Translations under genes and position numbers: made by a program
From: Camelus dromedarius
Lineage: Eukaryota
DNA length: 64,000 nucleotides
Assembly: GCF_036321535.1 (NCBI RefSeq)
Contig: NC_087437.1
Location: forward strand, 38,752,001-38,816,000
Reading direction: 5' to 3'
Notes under the pieces: model-generated
The model's database searches: none
The model's input: the letters and a program-made list of their open reading frames with translations, nothing else
Told to the model about the DNA's origin: nothing
Part shown: positions 11,908 to 26,169 of the stretch, in pieces
Layout of the letters: each line of letters starts with the position of its first letter
Numbering within the stretch: the stretch's first letter is position 1

Positions 11908-13394
11908 CTATTTTAGAAAAAGGAAAATCATGCGTAAAGCCCTGGGACGTTCAGGCTCTTGATTCTATTCTTTTCACATCCAAATCCTCACATCACTTTT
12001 TCTAGGATTTGTTTTAAAGTTTGACTGTGCAGTATTTGGAAATTTTGTTCCAAATCAACGAAAACTGTAACGTTTGGGGATTGTGGCATGGATTCAGCTG
12101 GACAACCCACTGCAGTCTGGTTCAGTAGTTTAAATACTTTTAAATAAGCTACACGTTGTAGAAGAAGTTAAGGATTTTTTAATTACTCAGGAGTTAAAAG
12201 TGAAGTACTTATGTTAATACGCAAGCCTGCAGGAATAAAATGTAATGGGTAGGGTTCATCTAAGAATTTTAGTCTCTTCACAAATTAAAAACAGAGTTAT
12301 GAAAAGCACAAACCGTATTTCTCAGAGCATGAATAATTTCCACAGTCCCCAAGAGGTATTTCAGTTACAAAGGCAACTCAAGAAATAAGAGACAGAGCAA
12401 CACCCCATCTGCTGAAAAACTGTCAGTATATTTTCTTTCTCCTACCATTGAGTTCTTCATGAGTCCAAATTCTCCCTCCAAATGCTATAGGACAGATCTC
12501 TCCAGGGCTACGCTGTGAGACTGTAGCCATCAGAGTGAAGTCCTAAAATCTCCCCAGCCTCAAGCCCTACTGTTCTGGGAACAGCCTCAGCGACTAAAGA
12601 TTCTAGACCCACTTCTCTTACCTTCCTGGTAATTTTCTCACATGTTCTGTAATCGGACATCAGATGTTATGAACTGGCAGCCTTTGGGCCAAATATAAAT
12701 TCACAAACTTTTTTTTTTTTTGGCCCCTGCAGTGTTGGCCTATATACAGTGTCTTTTGCATTTGAATAGCTGGCACCATTTAAAAATCAAGAATTTGCAT
12801 CTGGTAAGATCTGGCAACACTCAGACAATTCTCACATGACAGCACTCAGCAGAAGTTAAATGGTGGCTGGGGGGCCACAGAATTCATTTTCCAGTGGGAG
12901 ATCCTTTCGAGAGTGAAAGGGGATGCTGTTGAGAATTGAGCGGGGACAGTAGCAGGAATGAGCCTAGACTGTGCTGGGCAAACCACCCCCAAAGTGGCAG
13001 CCACTCACTGCAGACAGGATTTTGAGTCTCCACGGAGGCTCTTGGCACTGAAGGAAAGTGCCAGTCACCATCTCTCCTCACATTTTCTGTCCGCTTTCAC
13101 TTCATCATACTTCCTGCTTGGCCCCTGGGCAGTGGATTCGTGGCTGGGTTTGGGGAGAGATCAAGAATAAGGTGGGAAGTGTGGCCGGTGGTTGGGCTGC
13201 CCACCTCCATGTATTCATGGATTTTCTCAAAAGTCAAAACAGGACACCAGTGGCGATCCAAGAGGACCACTTGTGTGCCGCTGACTGGATGGGGCCCCAG
13301 TCTCCACACACGCACACATGCGCTTCAAACACCCAAACCTGGCTGACTTTTAAAGGAATTCAGTTTATAACCTTAATGGCAGTAGCTCCCGTGC

Positions 13395-13560
13395 CTTTGC
13401 TGTGTCACCTTGAGCAAGTTACTTAACTTTAGGAGGCCTCAGTTTCTTCATTTGTTAAATCAGACTCAATATAATGCCTACCTTATAGGCTGCTATGAGA
13501 ATTAAGTAAGATAACTGTTTGAAGAGTTGCACCTGGTACTGGCACATGGAAAACATCTGC
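13395..13560 (+). mobile_element. MIR SINE
   Basis: MIR core: tgtgtcaccttgagcaagttacttaac...cctcagtttcttcatttgt...cctaccttataggctgctatgagaattaa. Confidence 0.75.
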
Positions 13561-15069
13561 TGTGTCAGCTGTCATTGTAACAGGATTGAGAAGACTCACC
13601 ATCAAAGCTTATGTGCTGTCAGCTCAGAGCTACGCGTGTCCTAAGTTCTCAATTCCCTCCCGTATCACATTCATCTACCAATGGCTATTCGGACTAAATA
13701 CTGCATGGCTGACCACTACAGACCCGTGTCTGTCACAGTGTGCTTTACCTCACTATCTTAAGCTTTTCTCAGGGATCGCAATCAAACAAAAGTGCTGATG
13801 TGAAAACTGCTTCCTTATCAAAGTGTCATCAAGGGCGGTGTCAAGTTAACTTGTCCAAAGTCTCTCTGAGAAACTTCTTCCAAAAAGTAATTGGTACCAG
13901 AAATACTGTTCTCCATCTCGCTCCTTCTCTTACTCTCTCTCTGATTCCATCTCTGTCTGTCTCTCCCTCACCCCCCCAGGTATTGGGAGATTCTCTCTTC
14001 TGATGACAAGAGCCCTCTAACTTACTGTATGTCCCCTTTATCCTGGTCCCAGGAAGCTCAGACCAGGCCACCAGGCTGGAGTTACCTGAGCACGCAGGAC
14101 TCATATACAAGTGTCCTCCTATTTTCCATGGTTCTGATTTCTTGTTAAAATTTCACTATACATGTAACTTGGTTTCAAAGAAAGGAGTAAATACACAGTG
14201 GACATAAGAAAACATGCCCTTTAGGGCGACTGCTAAAATTAAATTAACTAAATTACCACTAAAATTAAATTAAATTATGTGAAGTATACTAAACATAGGT
14301 TAGGTACCTAGAAAATTTTATTGCTCACTCCTTAATATAGCTACTTAACATCGGTATAATTAAATGTATTTACTCAGCTTAGCTCAAGTTTATAAACAGT
14401 ATGTCCAATAAGCCAAACGTCACCTCCCTCACCACACACAGGTGTCGCTGCCCCAGGGTGGCAAGTGCTGCCTGGACTCTGGACCTGGCTCTCTCTTCCC
14501 TTCTCCTACCTTTGCGAGGACTTCCGGTGTCCAGTCTTTCTCCCTTTCTCTCTTTCGTTATCTTGACTCATCACCACCTGCCACACCACCAACAAGCCAA
14601 GGCCCCGACATGTCTACGTCTCTTGGGGACCATCTGACATCGGGCCCAACTCCATTAAGACCGCCTGAGCCCTCTGTAAACTGCCTCAACGGCTACTTAA
14701 CGCCCATGCACCTTTTTGTTGTAACCTATTCTGGCGGGGGATACTTACAGATAAAACACTGCAAAAAAAAAGTACAGAAAGGTCCAAAGGACCCACACAG
14801 CTTCTTCCTATGATGACATTTTATATAAAACCAGGGAATCACTTGGCACAGTACAAGCAACTCGATTCCAGAAGACCTTACTTGTATTTCACCCTTGTTT
14901 TTGGAAGCACTATGTAACTTTTTAAACCAAATCTCACACTTCAAACTTATTTAGAATCCGAATAAGTGACTATAGAAGGTGCTACTTCCCTTTTCTAGAA
15001 CTCACACGTACTCAGAGGTGATATATTTTGTTCCACATGACTGTGAAAATACCTGCTGCCGCTGCCGGT

Positions 15070-15260
15070 TACCGTGTACTAAAGATCTACCGTGTATCAG
15101 TAACTGTTCTCTATGAGGCCGATACGTTTTATCCCATTGTCACAGATGAGGACAATGAAGCCTGTGGTGATTTACACAACCTGCCCAGGGTCACATAAGT
15201 AGCCACTGAAGAGGCCAAGTCCGACCAGGGCAGGCGGATTCCAGAGCCTGAGCTCTTTGA
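15070..15260 (-). mobile_element. MIR SINE
   Basis: Reverse MIR core: atcccattgtcacagatgaggacaatgaagc...cctgcccagggtcacat...ccagagcctgagctctt. Confidence 0.65.
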
Positions 15261-15658
15261 AGCTACTACGAGTGACCCACAGGGAGTCTTTGGGCCACGT
15301 GGTGACCTGCAGATGCATCGCTGTGAGGGGAGCACCGATGGCATTTCGTGGGTGGCATCAGAGATGCTAAATGTCTCGTAACACACGTACAAGGAGAACC
15401 GCCTTGCCCTGCATGGCCAACGTGCTCTGCTGAGAAACACTGAGTATTCTATTCTGTTTCCCCAAACAAACCCAAAGAGACAAGTATAAATGTGAAATGT
15501 CATAAAGAAGTAAGAAGTAGCTGGAAAGGACCACATGATAATATAAATCAATCACCAAGCAGCAACGACAACAAAAAACCCAAAAGTCTACTGTTCTACT
15601 CAAACATTAATAGGCGTATTCATTTCCATACAGACGGGCTAATTAGATTTCCAAACAC

Positions 15659-15809
15659 CTTTTAGCTTAGAAAGCTCTTGTTCTTTCTCCTGCTGCAGCT
15701 GCAGGTATCTCTGCTTGTGGTCATTAAACGTCCTGCTGAAGTCCTCTCCTTGTTTGCGGTGTTCCTCCTCCAAGTCGCTGTGTTGCTTCTTCAGCTCCTC
15801 GTGTTGACT
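15659..15809 (-). CDS. GOLIM4: GOLIM4 exon 5 (151 nt)
   Basis: Acceptor tctttgcag|, encodes SQHEELKKQHSDLEEEHRKQGEDFSRTFNDHKQRYLQLQQEKEQELSKLK, donor AAG|GTGTTT. Confidence 0.95.
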
Positions 15810-16623
15810 CTGCAAAGATGAAAACTTGAGCAAAGACGTACATGCTCTCAATGACACAGAATCTATCTCTAGATAGAGTAGCCTTTCTCTTGCAAGAAAG
15901 GATGTGCAAATGAAGAAGCAGGCTTCATTTTCCTCGGGTTGCTTCAAATTTGTGCAGCTCCCTTCCATTTCCCTTCCATTTCAAACAAATAGTCTGGGAT
16001 CGTGGCCAAGGATAATTTTCTCCTTAATTTTTAACATTAATGTGAACAACAAGAAGTTGGAAGTTAGCATGAGAGATGAAAAAGGGTTGGCCCTGGAGAA
16101 AGTCCCAGGGACTCAAGTTACTGTGGAAACCAGATAAAGCCAATGGAAAAACTCCCCCTCCACGGGCACGCTAGACTGCCTCTTTCAATCTGATATTTTC
16201 CCAGCAACATTTTTTATTTCCCTTCTTTGATTTTCAGCCTTCCTGATAAACCAGTTTAAAGAACAGGGGAAAAAAGACTTTTTTTCCCTTTGGGGGAAAT
16301 AATAAATCGACTGTTTATAGAATGATTCTTACTTTAATTACTCCTGATTATAATACTAAGCTGTAATCACAATATAGATAAAGTCTACAGCCTCCAAATG
16401 CTTAATGTGAAAGGGTGGTCTCCTTTAATTCGTGTATTGCTCTCTTGATAATAGGAAAGACTCTGGTTTCAATAAAAAGCATATGCCCTACAGCAGGAAA
16501 GACAATATCGAACAAAAAGCTGGGGGCCGGGAGGTAAGCAGTGGAGAGGGTGCGTAGTTTTCCCATTGTGTGGGGTGCACAAGGCTGCTGCTCATCTCTT
16601 CTGGCTGGACAGAGATAATGAAT

Positions 16624-16725
16624 CTCTCTCTCTCTCTCCCCCTCTCCCCACCCCTCTCTCTCCCCCTCTCCCCACCCCTCTCTCTCCCCCTCTCCCCACC
16701 CCTCTCTCTCCCCCCCCACCCCCCT
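16624..16725. repeat. CT-rich minisatellite, ~24-bp unit (ctctctctccccctctccccaccc) x ~4
   Basis: Direct reading; it also produces the repeated GEGEREGW peptide in spurious ORF 16402..16821. Confidence 0.85.
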
Positions 16726-17101
16726 TGTCTCTCCTGACATAGAATGAGTTTTATCCAAGAACCAAGGAAGGAGAATCTTTAAATATAAACTGTGTTCCTC
16801 TGGTAGGTAAAAGGACACCAATTTTAAACATTAGTAACACGATGGAAGCATTTTAATCCTTCTACTGCCTCCAGTGTGTCTAAGATAAAAGACAGTATCT
16901 AAGGAAAACCACTCTGAGAAATGAGACAAAAAAACAAACAAAAATCCTTAAAAGATAAAGAACAAAATTAAACATTAGGTGATCAGAGAGCCCTGATTTA
17001 TAAGAAAATACCATATTACAATACAAATCAACTTTCTGTTAACTTTCCTTACTGAGTTAATCCTTTCCTTCCTTCATGAAGAACAACTTTAAATTACTCA
17101 C

Positions 17102-17155
17102 TTTCAACATCTGATGTTGGACATTCAATGCGCTGTATCTACTATTGGAATCTTG
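17102..17155 (-). CDS. GOLIM4: GOLIM4 exon 4 (54 nt)
   Basis: Acceptor tttacag|, encodes QDSNSRYSALNVQHQMLK, donor AAA|GTGAGT. Confidence 0.95.
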
Positions 17156-18741
17156 CTGTAAATTAAAAAGCAAATAGTTAACACAAAGATAACATATCTG
17201 GCTCTTTTGCTAAATAGAACTTAAAGCTCTTAATAGAAGAATTTCACTCATTTCACTTGTGTAAGCTAACATGAATTCTAAGCTTGAACCAGAATATTTC
17301 TAAGACCATCTCCTTACTTAACAGCAGAAATGAAGTTTCAACATTCCTGTAAGTCTGCTCGACTTTAGTAATGAAAAAGCTGGACATGGAACTATGAAAC
17401 AGTGGCTTGACGGGGCCCTTAGAGGTGATTTACTCCCTCTCATACTCAGAAGAAAAACAGGCCCAGATGCACAGACACAGCACCACGTGTGGCTAACACA
17501 CAGCGCTGGGTGGCCCAAGGGGAGGGGGAGATAACCCAACAATGGCCAGGCCTCACAAGCTGAGTATGGCTCCAGGGAGGGGAGAGAACAGGCGCTTTCC
17601 TCCCTTGAGATTCAGTGGGTAAGAAATTCTATGTATGTTACTTTACCCCAATTGGACTCCAGCTCACAGTGAGAGACAGAAAGAGTAAGCAACAGGCCGA
17701 GAGCAGACACTTCCTTTAGTAGTGGAGCCAGGACTGAAACTTGAGCCCATGCCTGCGGCTGAACTCCGTGCCCCGGCAGCACGTCTCCGTGTGTCGGTAC
17801 AGCATCCTCATGTCTGCACCTCACCGGTGTCCAGTGCAGTCCTGGGCAGCCGTAACCAGTCAGTATACAAACAACACCGGAAAGTGTTCTCTCCCCACAC
17901 TGCTGTGTTCTCAGTGCCCCAGGCCTTGCTTCACCCCATCGCCAGCACGAGCGCAGCCTCGACTATTGCTTTCTTCCATGATCTTGCAACTTCTAAAGTG
18001 AACTGCATTTTTGCTTTATCACTTTATTTTATTGCTTTACTATTTTACTTTAATTTGTGGCAAGTTACGTTATAAAATGCACAACAGAATGCACACAGTT
18101 TTGGTTAGGGCTTTTAAAAGCAAGTAAGAGCTGAAAGCTGACAGCCTCCTACCTATTCAAAGAGCGGACTTCTCAGTTTTAATACTGCAAAGCGCCAGTG
18201 GTTTATATGCTTACATATTTTTCTTAGAGTAAGAGAAAAACTTGTTTTTCTCCAGTGAATCTGGACTTGAACATTTTTAAAATGCCAATATCATTTATTC
18301 ACTTATTCATTCCAGAATTGTTTTTGAACATCTGAACATGTGAACTCTAGGCCTGGTAACTGTGCTGGACTTCACACAGTAATGCCTGTGCGAGTGACAG
18401 CAATGTCATGCAAAGGCAAGTCAAAATCGGTATCCCATTCTAGAGCAAAGAGAGACCACAAGTGAATAAGTAAGTAAAAACCACCTTCTCTTTATTGTTG
18501 AACATTAGGGCTATTTCCAGTTTACCACGATTGCCAAAGTATGATAAGCAAAGAAAGGTAGGTTTTAAAAACACAATTTTTAAGGGCTTTCCTCTCGGAA
18601 TTTTTTGGCGGAAGGAAGGAAGGAAGAAATGTATTTCAGCCCTGTAATCCTAATCATCAACAGAGTAAAGGATTTTGTGACTATATTTCCCTCTCTTTCA
18701 AGTTTCATGAAATAAAAAATTAAGAGAGAAAAAAAACTCAC

Positions 18742-18791
18742 CCTTCCCTTATTTAGTGTTTCTTGTGCTTCTAACTTATAAACCAGAAAAT
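18742..18791 (-). CDS. GOLIM4: GOLIM4 exon 3 (50 nt)
   Basis: Acceptor attttctag|, encodes (D)FLVYKLEAQETLNKGR, donor AGG|GTGAGT. Confidence 0.95.
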
Positions 18792-20089
18792 CTAGAAAAT
18801 ACAAAATGGAGAAAAAGAGCATAAGTTATTCCTTGTGGAATTTTTAGACATCGAAAAGAATAAAGGCAAATTTTATTCAGAATTTTAAAAATGTTTTAGG
18901 TTTAAGACGATCCACTTGGTGACTTATACACTTAACTTTGTCTTTTAAGGCTTTAGAAAGAATTGAAAAGAACTACTATACAGTCTTCCTCTTTACCTTA
19001 AAGCTGTGAATCTTGTATCAACAAAATCCACATCATAACCAACTGACTGAAAGTGCATTTAGAATGTGTACACTGTGATGAGCTCTCCTTGAGATCAAGG
19101 ACGGAAAAACATCTAAGGACAGAGATAACTTACTGCTGGCCGCTAGGTGGCACACGGAAATCACCCAGGACCTGAAAAGTTTCACTCCGTGGAAACCATC
19201 CTTAATGCGCTTAAAGCTTTATTATCCACTAGATGGCTCTATAAAATCACTCTGCGATTGAAGACAAGGAAAAATCCAAATCCTGTCAAAGTATTTCAAT
19301 GATCTTAAACTTCTCTTCTTCACACAGGCTTAATCCAAGGGTCAGCAAAACATCTTAGCCCATACTGCCCTCCCCTGTTCTCCCTCCTACCCGCACTGAG
19401 GTAGTCAGACGGAACACCTCACTTAAACCTCGATACTTACCACAAAACATGAAGAAAGAAAAATAAGAATGCAGGTTACTTCAAATCACAAGCAATATGA
19501 AGTCCATGCTTTATTGAAAACTTCTAATAAAAATCAATAGCATTGCCTAATACTTGTGCTAAATGTTAATTTTTCAAACCAAACCAACTGGTTGGTGCCA
19601 ATAAAGCCTTTATCCCAAGACAGAAAAACAGGTGCACAACCTAAAAGACATCATCATATGAGATCGATTCATTATGTATAAATGCAGTCATATGTACATG
19701 TATATATAATATTTGTCATATTCTGGACAGTGCATGCTGTTACTTTCCTGGGTATCTGTGGACAGAAGTTCTAGGTGTTAGCAATGTATGTAATATTCAA
19801 ATGGAAAGGTGTGTGTTATTTTTGAAGTAATACATATAACCAATATATGAACAACCTCAAAGCAGCACAAACCGAATGAAAGATTCTAAATCCAATCTTG
19901 AGCAGGAATTATTTTGTTGCACAATGTATAGCATATTGCTTGATATCTCCTTCTCTGTCCACGTATGAAACAGACTTTGGGTGAGTTGAAAAATGTGTTA
20001 GACAAAAAATAGGAAAGCTAGTACATGTTACTTCAAAGAAGAGTATGATAAAAAAAAAACTTAGAACACCATTTATATTATTTATTTAC

Positions 20090-20164
20090 CTTCCTTTGCT
20101 TTTTTATGTTCAAGTCTTTCCTTCTGCAAGGATTTCTCTAATCTTGATCTGTGTTCATACACAA
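20090..20164 (-). CDS. GOLIM4: GOLIM4 exon 2 (75 nt)
   Basis: Acceptor ttttttccag|, encodes (V)VYEHRSRLEKSLQKERLEHKKAKE, donor AAG|GTAAAT; phase fits exons 1 and 3. Confidence 0.95.
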
Positions 20165-23100
20165 CTGGAAAAAAAAAAGTTAAAACTCATCTTCAAAGAA
20201 TCAGAAATTCTAAAGTAAAATTAACATCAATTTTCAAAACAGGAAGAAGTCAGTTTAGAGTCCTTTCACAGTTAAAATTAAAATGCAGGCATTACTTAAG
20301 TTCCACTTCCGAGTAAAAAATAGACAGACTAATAGACATAATTCTGGGCCGACTCCTGTGCAGTCTGTACCTCTTTATAGAACCAACGCTGTGGAAGAGG
20401 CTTCCACCTTCTTGGCAGCTCCTTGTCTTCTTGCTTCTGGAAGGTGAGTCTCTGAGGTTCTGTGTCTCTACTAGACAAGCATGTCCAGTCTCATGACTTC
20501 GGTCCCCATCAGCGCAGCATTTACCCCCACATCTGTATGTCTAGTTCCCACCTCTCTCCTAGGCAAGAGGAGAGCATTTCCACCCAGATATTCCATACGT
20601 ACTACTGAGCCAACATGAGTGGAGTCTGAATTAAAGCTGCTTGAGTCAGTGAGGGAACGCGGGCAGCATGCTGACGTTGGCTGAAAGAGGCCACAGAAAC
20701 AAAGGCAGAAGGGACCGTCCCCATGAAAGAACCTATAGCAGCACCCACAAAAGAACAAGTTAGGCTTACATCGGTCATGGCAAGAAACCAAAGGCAAACT
20801 GATGTCAAGCTGTAGGACCTTCCCGAACTTCGTCAACCCTACCTACCCAGGCTACTGAAGGAGACAGAGCTGCCCGGCGAGTGGGGGAGGGAGGGCAGAT
20901 GTGTTCTGGGGAAAACAAGGAGAAGCCTATCCATCCCAACTCCCCCCCCCCCCCCCCCACTGCAGGCCTCACGTCTGCAGCAAACAGGAGCTGCAAGAGA
21001 TGGGGAAGCTTTACCTCTAACTGAACAGAATACGTATCAGCACACAGGACTCGACCAGACACGATACTTACTAAACCAAGACTGTGCTTATGGATACACG
21101 TTATTGAAAGATTTTTTTTTTTTTTAATCTGAGAGAAGCTAAAAAGCAGTGAAGTCTGTCCTGGATGTCATGCAAGGACAGAAAAACTAGCCCTGGAGAG
21201 TGGTTGGAAAGGGAAGAGGAGGAGAGAATAAAGTAAGTTTCTAGTGTGCCCTTTAATCCTGTTTGTTCAGCATTATGGTCACATATGATCTCATTCCCTG
21301 GCAGGATAAGCAAAGCCGGTTATTTGGTTCTCTTACCATCCCTTGCTCCCCATGACCACCTACGATAGAATTTACTCGTCAATAACTGACTGACCTTGTA
21401 CGGTACAGACAACTGCCCAACACTGCTGGCCGCCCAGAGTTGCCATGGTTGCAGCAACTCCCCTCCCTGACGTCTGCTTGCTGCTGAAGGACTCCCCTGT
21501 CCCTCCTCCACCCTTTCCCCACTGCCACCCCTGCCAGTTACCAGCCATTGCTGTCCTCCCTCCAACACGGCCATGTCTCCAGGGTAACTCCCCTTCTTCC
21601 CAGCACTGCATCTCTCCTCTGGCCTTCCCACACAAACCCTCCATTCCCAGGTCCGCGTCTAGGACTACCGCAGTGCCCGCCTCTACTCACACCTCTGCTA
21701 ACATCTCGCCCACAACCCCTGGAACGCCAGCCACCACCCAGACTGGTATGGCGTCGTCCCCTGATGGCTTTTCTGCCCCAACTCATCTTTCCCCTCATCT
21801 CAGCTTCCCTTTAGTCACTGAAATAACCCTTGCCCCATTCCCTTTCTCCATTTGGGTTCCTATTCTATTCACCAGATGATCCCTCCCGCCACCCCCGTGC
21901 TGTTGCTATAAAGGAATTAACTGCACTCCTGTTAAGTACCTGGCTTTGCAGTATGAGTAGAAATGCAAAGTGAAGAGACACGGATCTTGGCCCCAAGACG
22001 CTCTAGTCCAACACAGGAGATAGGTAATTTTAAGTAATTAGAACTAAATGCATTTGGCATAATAGAAGTATATTTAAACCCAGGGAGAGAGAGGGGTAAC
22101 CCTGCGTGGAGGAGGAGTGAGGGAGGATTCTCAGGGTGGCACTCTCTTAGCTGGCTTTGAGAGTGAAGAGCAGTTTGGTAGATGGGAGCACTGAGGAGAA
22201 AGGCACTCCTGGAAGACATCACAGGGACAGAGGCAAAGAGGTACTGAAATTGGAGTGAAGGTAGTTTTGTTCCAAAAAGCCTGGTTCAAATCCATTATTG
22301 AGAAATGAGATTTTTTTTCAAACATATATGTGCACAGTATATGTCTCGGCCAATTTGTAAAAGCCTATTAAAATCAAGAGGCTCCTTGGATTGGTACTAA
22401 TACTACCATCTTAAATGACATTTGGAAGGGGGGAGGCAAAATAAAGATTAGTGCTACAGAACCTCACTAAGCAAAGCCCTGAACTGTGTGCTCATAGCCT
22501 TTCAGAATTTCAGTCAGGTGGGGAAAACTTGCAGGGAAATAATTACAGAGTTATTATGATTCACAAAGGCAAGAAGAGGATGCCATGGGAACACCTAAGC
22601 TCCCCAGCTGGAAGGAGAAACATTCCCTCATCTCCAGACCACTGGCCAAAGTTCCCACGGTCTGGGTAGAGGGTCCCAGGAACATCACCGTGCTGGTTAA
22701 TAGGAAATCTGGCTGCACTAATTGGACATCTTATGGACAATTTCAGCTAGCACGTGCCTTATTTTCAAAGAAAGGAAAACAGGTAAAGTAGTCAAGATCT
22801 TGCTCTAATGGAACCAAAGTGGCAGCAGAGGTCCCAAGTCTAGGGTGCTCCTGGGTGGAGGTCAGGACCATGAGGGGGAAACAGCTCCAGTCCAACAACA
22901 CCCAAGATAAAAACAGAACAACAACAACAACAACAAAAACAGCAGCACAGCCTAGAAAACGTATGTGAGGGGCTGCTCACCACCCATCCCCAGCCACCTC
23001 TGACCCTAAATAAAACTAATATTGTGGAAGGGTAAGGATGGAGAGAAAACACTGCATTTACAAATTACAACCCTGTGAAATTCTTCTTGACTTATTAAAA

Positions 23101-26100
23101 TACAGCAGCAATCATTGTAAACTCAGGGTCATAAACTGAACATTATGTGGTACTCGGTCATCGGGTGATTATCTTTGGTTTAGGAAGCAGAGAACTCATC
23201 AGCACAACTTCATCTTGGAAAAGGGTGGGGGCTCCACCACCTACACCAGGCGGAGAGGGAGTGTGGGGCTGGGGGAGTGTGGGGGGAGCTGGTGCACGAG
23301 CTTTATTCTCTTCCCTGCGATTCAGTTAGGAAGAGAATGTGCCAACAGCTGGTCCAAAGTACACACTGACCAAACTGAATCACACAACTGTCTTTGACAG
23401 TTTTCTGCACAATAGTTATTTATACGTTCAACATATTAATAGCAGTGTGTCTCAGGAGCCAGAAGATCCTAGAATATGTGGTTAGAAACTTTAATAAGAC
23501 ACCTGAAGAGATGCTATACAATGTCCACAAAGAGGCGATCAGGTTTATCGATTACAATCCACATTCAAAGGCCCTGGGACATCTGAGACGTATTCACCAA
23601 CACATAAAATGGTATCACTAATAGCATGACCTAAGGCAAGAATAATATGGTTTTTGCAAATGCAGCAGAAAAAAAGATGTGGCAAACAGAAATAGAGGAT
23701 ATATGCAGAAACCATGAGGTAACTGTACAATTAATATGATCTGACTCAGAACTGGTCAAGTCATTATTAGAGTAACAGCTTCCAGTCCTGACGTATAACT
23801 TTAGAATTCAGAAATGCTGTGAGGGTTGGAGACCGTCGCCAAGGAGGGAGGTGCGGGAGCGGAGCAGCAGGGACCCATGGCAAGGTGGAGAAGAGCTGTT
23901 CTTCGTCAGGCTTAGGAAAAGGAAAACAAGCCGAAAAGGAGTCTTAAACTATAGGCTGAGGAAACCACATTCAGTAAAGTGAAGTGAGAGTAAAAATTAA
24001 CCCTTAGAAAGGAAGGGAGAAGGAAAGAGGCTGGCGATAATGTCCCGGTTGAGGGTACAGACGTCCCAGATCATTCCTTACGGGGCGAGTGGCTGAACTT
24101 CTTTGTACTTCTGTTCCCTTACATGGTGCATGGGAGTAACACTAATGCCCATCTCTTTGGGTGGATGTCAGGGCTAAACGGGTTAATATACACCAAGTGC
24201 TTCAAACACTGCAGGGCACAGAGTAGATGCTAGAAAATACTAAAATATCTTTTCAACTATCTGTGATGGCTTAAAAGTGCCAGACAAGGAATCAGGTGAT
24301 TCCCTGAACCCCTTCAACCCTGAAGTTAAAATCTAATAATAACAAAGTAATTATACACACACACAGATCTCGAGAGACACTTGAAACAGCAATGAAATAT
24401 TGGTCTCAGTTTCCTTTTACTTAAAACAATTCCCCTAAAAAGAAGGATGTTGTGAATAATCATTCTAACAGCTTAGTAAAACCTATAAGCGTATTTTTAA
24501 ATAAAAGTTCAAGGACAGTAAAACAGACCAGATAGAATTTTTGTGTTCTTACTATCTCTTCTAGAAAACTTCCCTATCGATGAGCACACACACAGACCTA
24601 CACTACCCTTAATTTTTTAACATGCATTCTCCAGGTTTTTGAACTGGTGATTTATCTAGAGACGTTTGCTGTTTTGCTGAAAAGGAGGATTGCTAATCAA
24701 TCCTTGTCCCTACCTCTATTTTTCTATTTCTATTCTGAAGTCAAGGGCATCAGTCAAGAAAAACTAACACTGCTAGAACCTCTGCAACAAAAAAGGTATA
24801 TAATGAATATTTTCAAAGCACCAAGCAGGTTCAAGGGAAAAAAAGTATAAAAATAATGGTTCAATCTGGCCTTCAAGATCATTAATGCAGACCAACACTG
24901 CAGCAGGGACAGGATGTGAATCACAAGAACTTGTGAGACAAAGATGAAAATCCATAACACTCAACATCTCCCCTGCTTACTGACAAAGAGCTTAATATTT
25001 TCCATTCAGTCAAGACTGGAAAGAGTTTTTATTTCTCCCTTAAAGCACTTGAGAGTTTAAAAACATGCCAGCTTCCCCCAGCAATTTTCCATTTTAACTC
25101 TTACTTCCATCCCTCTATCTGAAAGAAATTAGCTGTATACATCCACTTAGGAGTAAAATACACATCTATTACATTTCAGGGCAGACTCTTCCAATCCAGA
25201 AAGAAAGCAACACTCTAAATTTAGACAGAAAACACTGTAAAATGTTTAAACACCTTAAGCCAATAGAGGACAGCATTTCTTTGGCAGCCTGTGAAATTTT
25301 GCTTTCAGTCCTGACAATAACACTTTTATCTTTACTTAAAAACAAAAACAAACAACTGAGTCTTGGTATGAAAGACACCCAATTCAACTTGAGAAAACAT
25401 TGATTTTTGAGGACCTTTATCATTTTACAGGTGATAAAAATTAAGATGAACAAATCTGTGCCTTTGATCACTGTGGCTGAAGATTTTAAGTAGGATAGCA
25501 ACAGATGACAAAAAAGGAAAACAAACTGAAATCAATATAGTTCTCAGAACACAATACTTCAGAAGTTTTGTTTTATTTTTGTTTTTAGGCCTAAAATTGT
25601 AGACATTTATTACCTGTTTAAGAGCAGTTTTGGGTTGTGGTTCTAACTGGCCAGAAGAGGGGTGGAGGCCCACCACCCTCACCTCCGCTCAACAAAGAGT
25701 CAGAAATTAACACCAAGATACCATCACGGATACAGTTTCCCAATTATCCTTCCCTCCTTCTTTCATAATTTCACCTCCTAAGAAGTCTGAGAAAGAATAG
25801 CAAAGATCTTAGAAAACAACCCACATAAAGCAAGTAAAAAGACAGAAGAAGGGGGACAGTGATGACCGTTTTGAGGATCACACTGGATCCTCCCTCGGCC
25901 CTGGGAGTGAGCAAGGGCCCCCCTCAGGCTCTTCTTCAGTGTCTCGGCCGCCTCTTTCCACGAGGTCTCCCCTCGATCTCCGAGCATCGTATCCTCCTGA
26001 CTCCAGTGGGACCTCTCATAGGTAACTCGGAAACCTCAGGTCCAGCTTTGGCTTCTCACCTCATCCCAGTTTTGCACCTTCCAGTTCAAGTCAACCTTGC

Positions 26101-26169
26101 CAGTCCTCTCGACAACTTATGGCTGCATTTCATTATTAATTAAGCCTGTCCTGTGGTTGGTTCCCTCTG

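Noticed and set aside
16402..16821. 139-aa ORF with GEGEREGW repeats
   Set aside because: Product of the 24-bp minisatellite; intronic, with no ATG or splice support.
19434..19445. Strong sense-strand donor-like GTG|GTAAGTA in intron 2
   Set aside because: No convincing upstream acceptor nearby to define an exon.
20340..21900. GC-richer ORF-bearing stretch near exon 2 as a nested gene or processed pseudogene
   Set aside because: No recognisable protein similarity, poly(A) tail or TSD; parts look like decayed L2 or low-complexity sequence.
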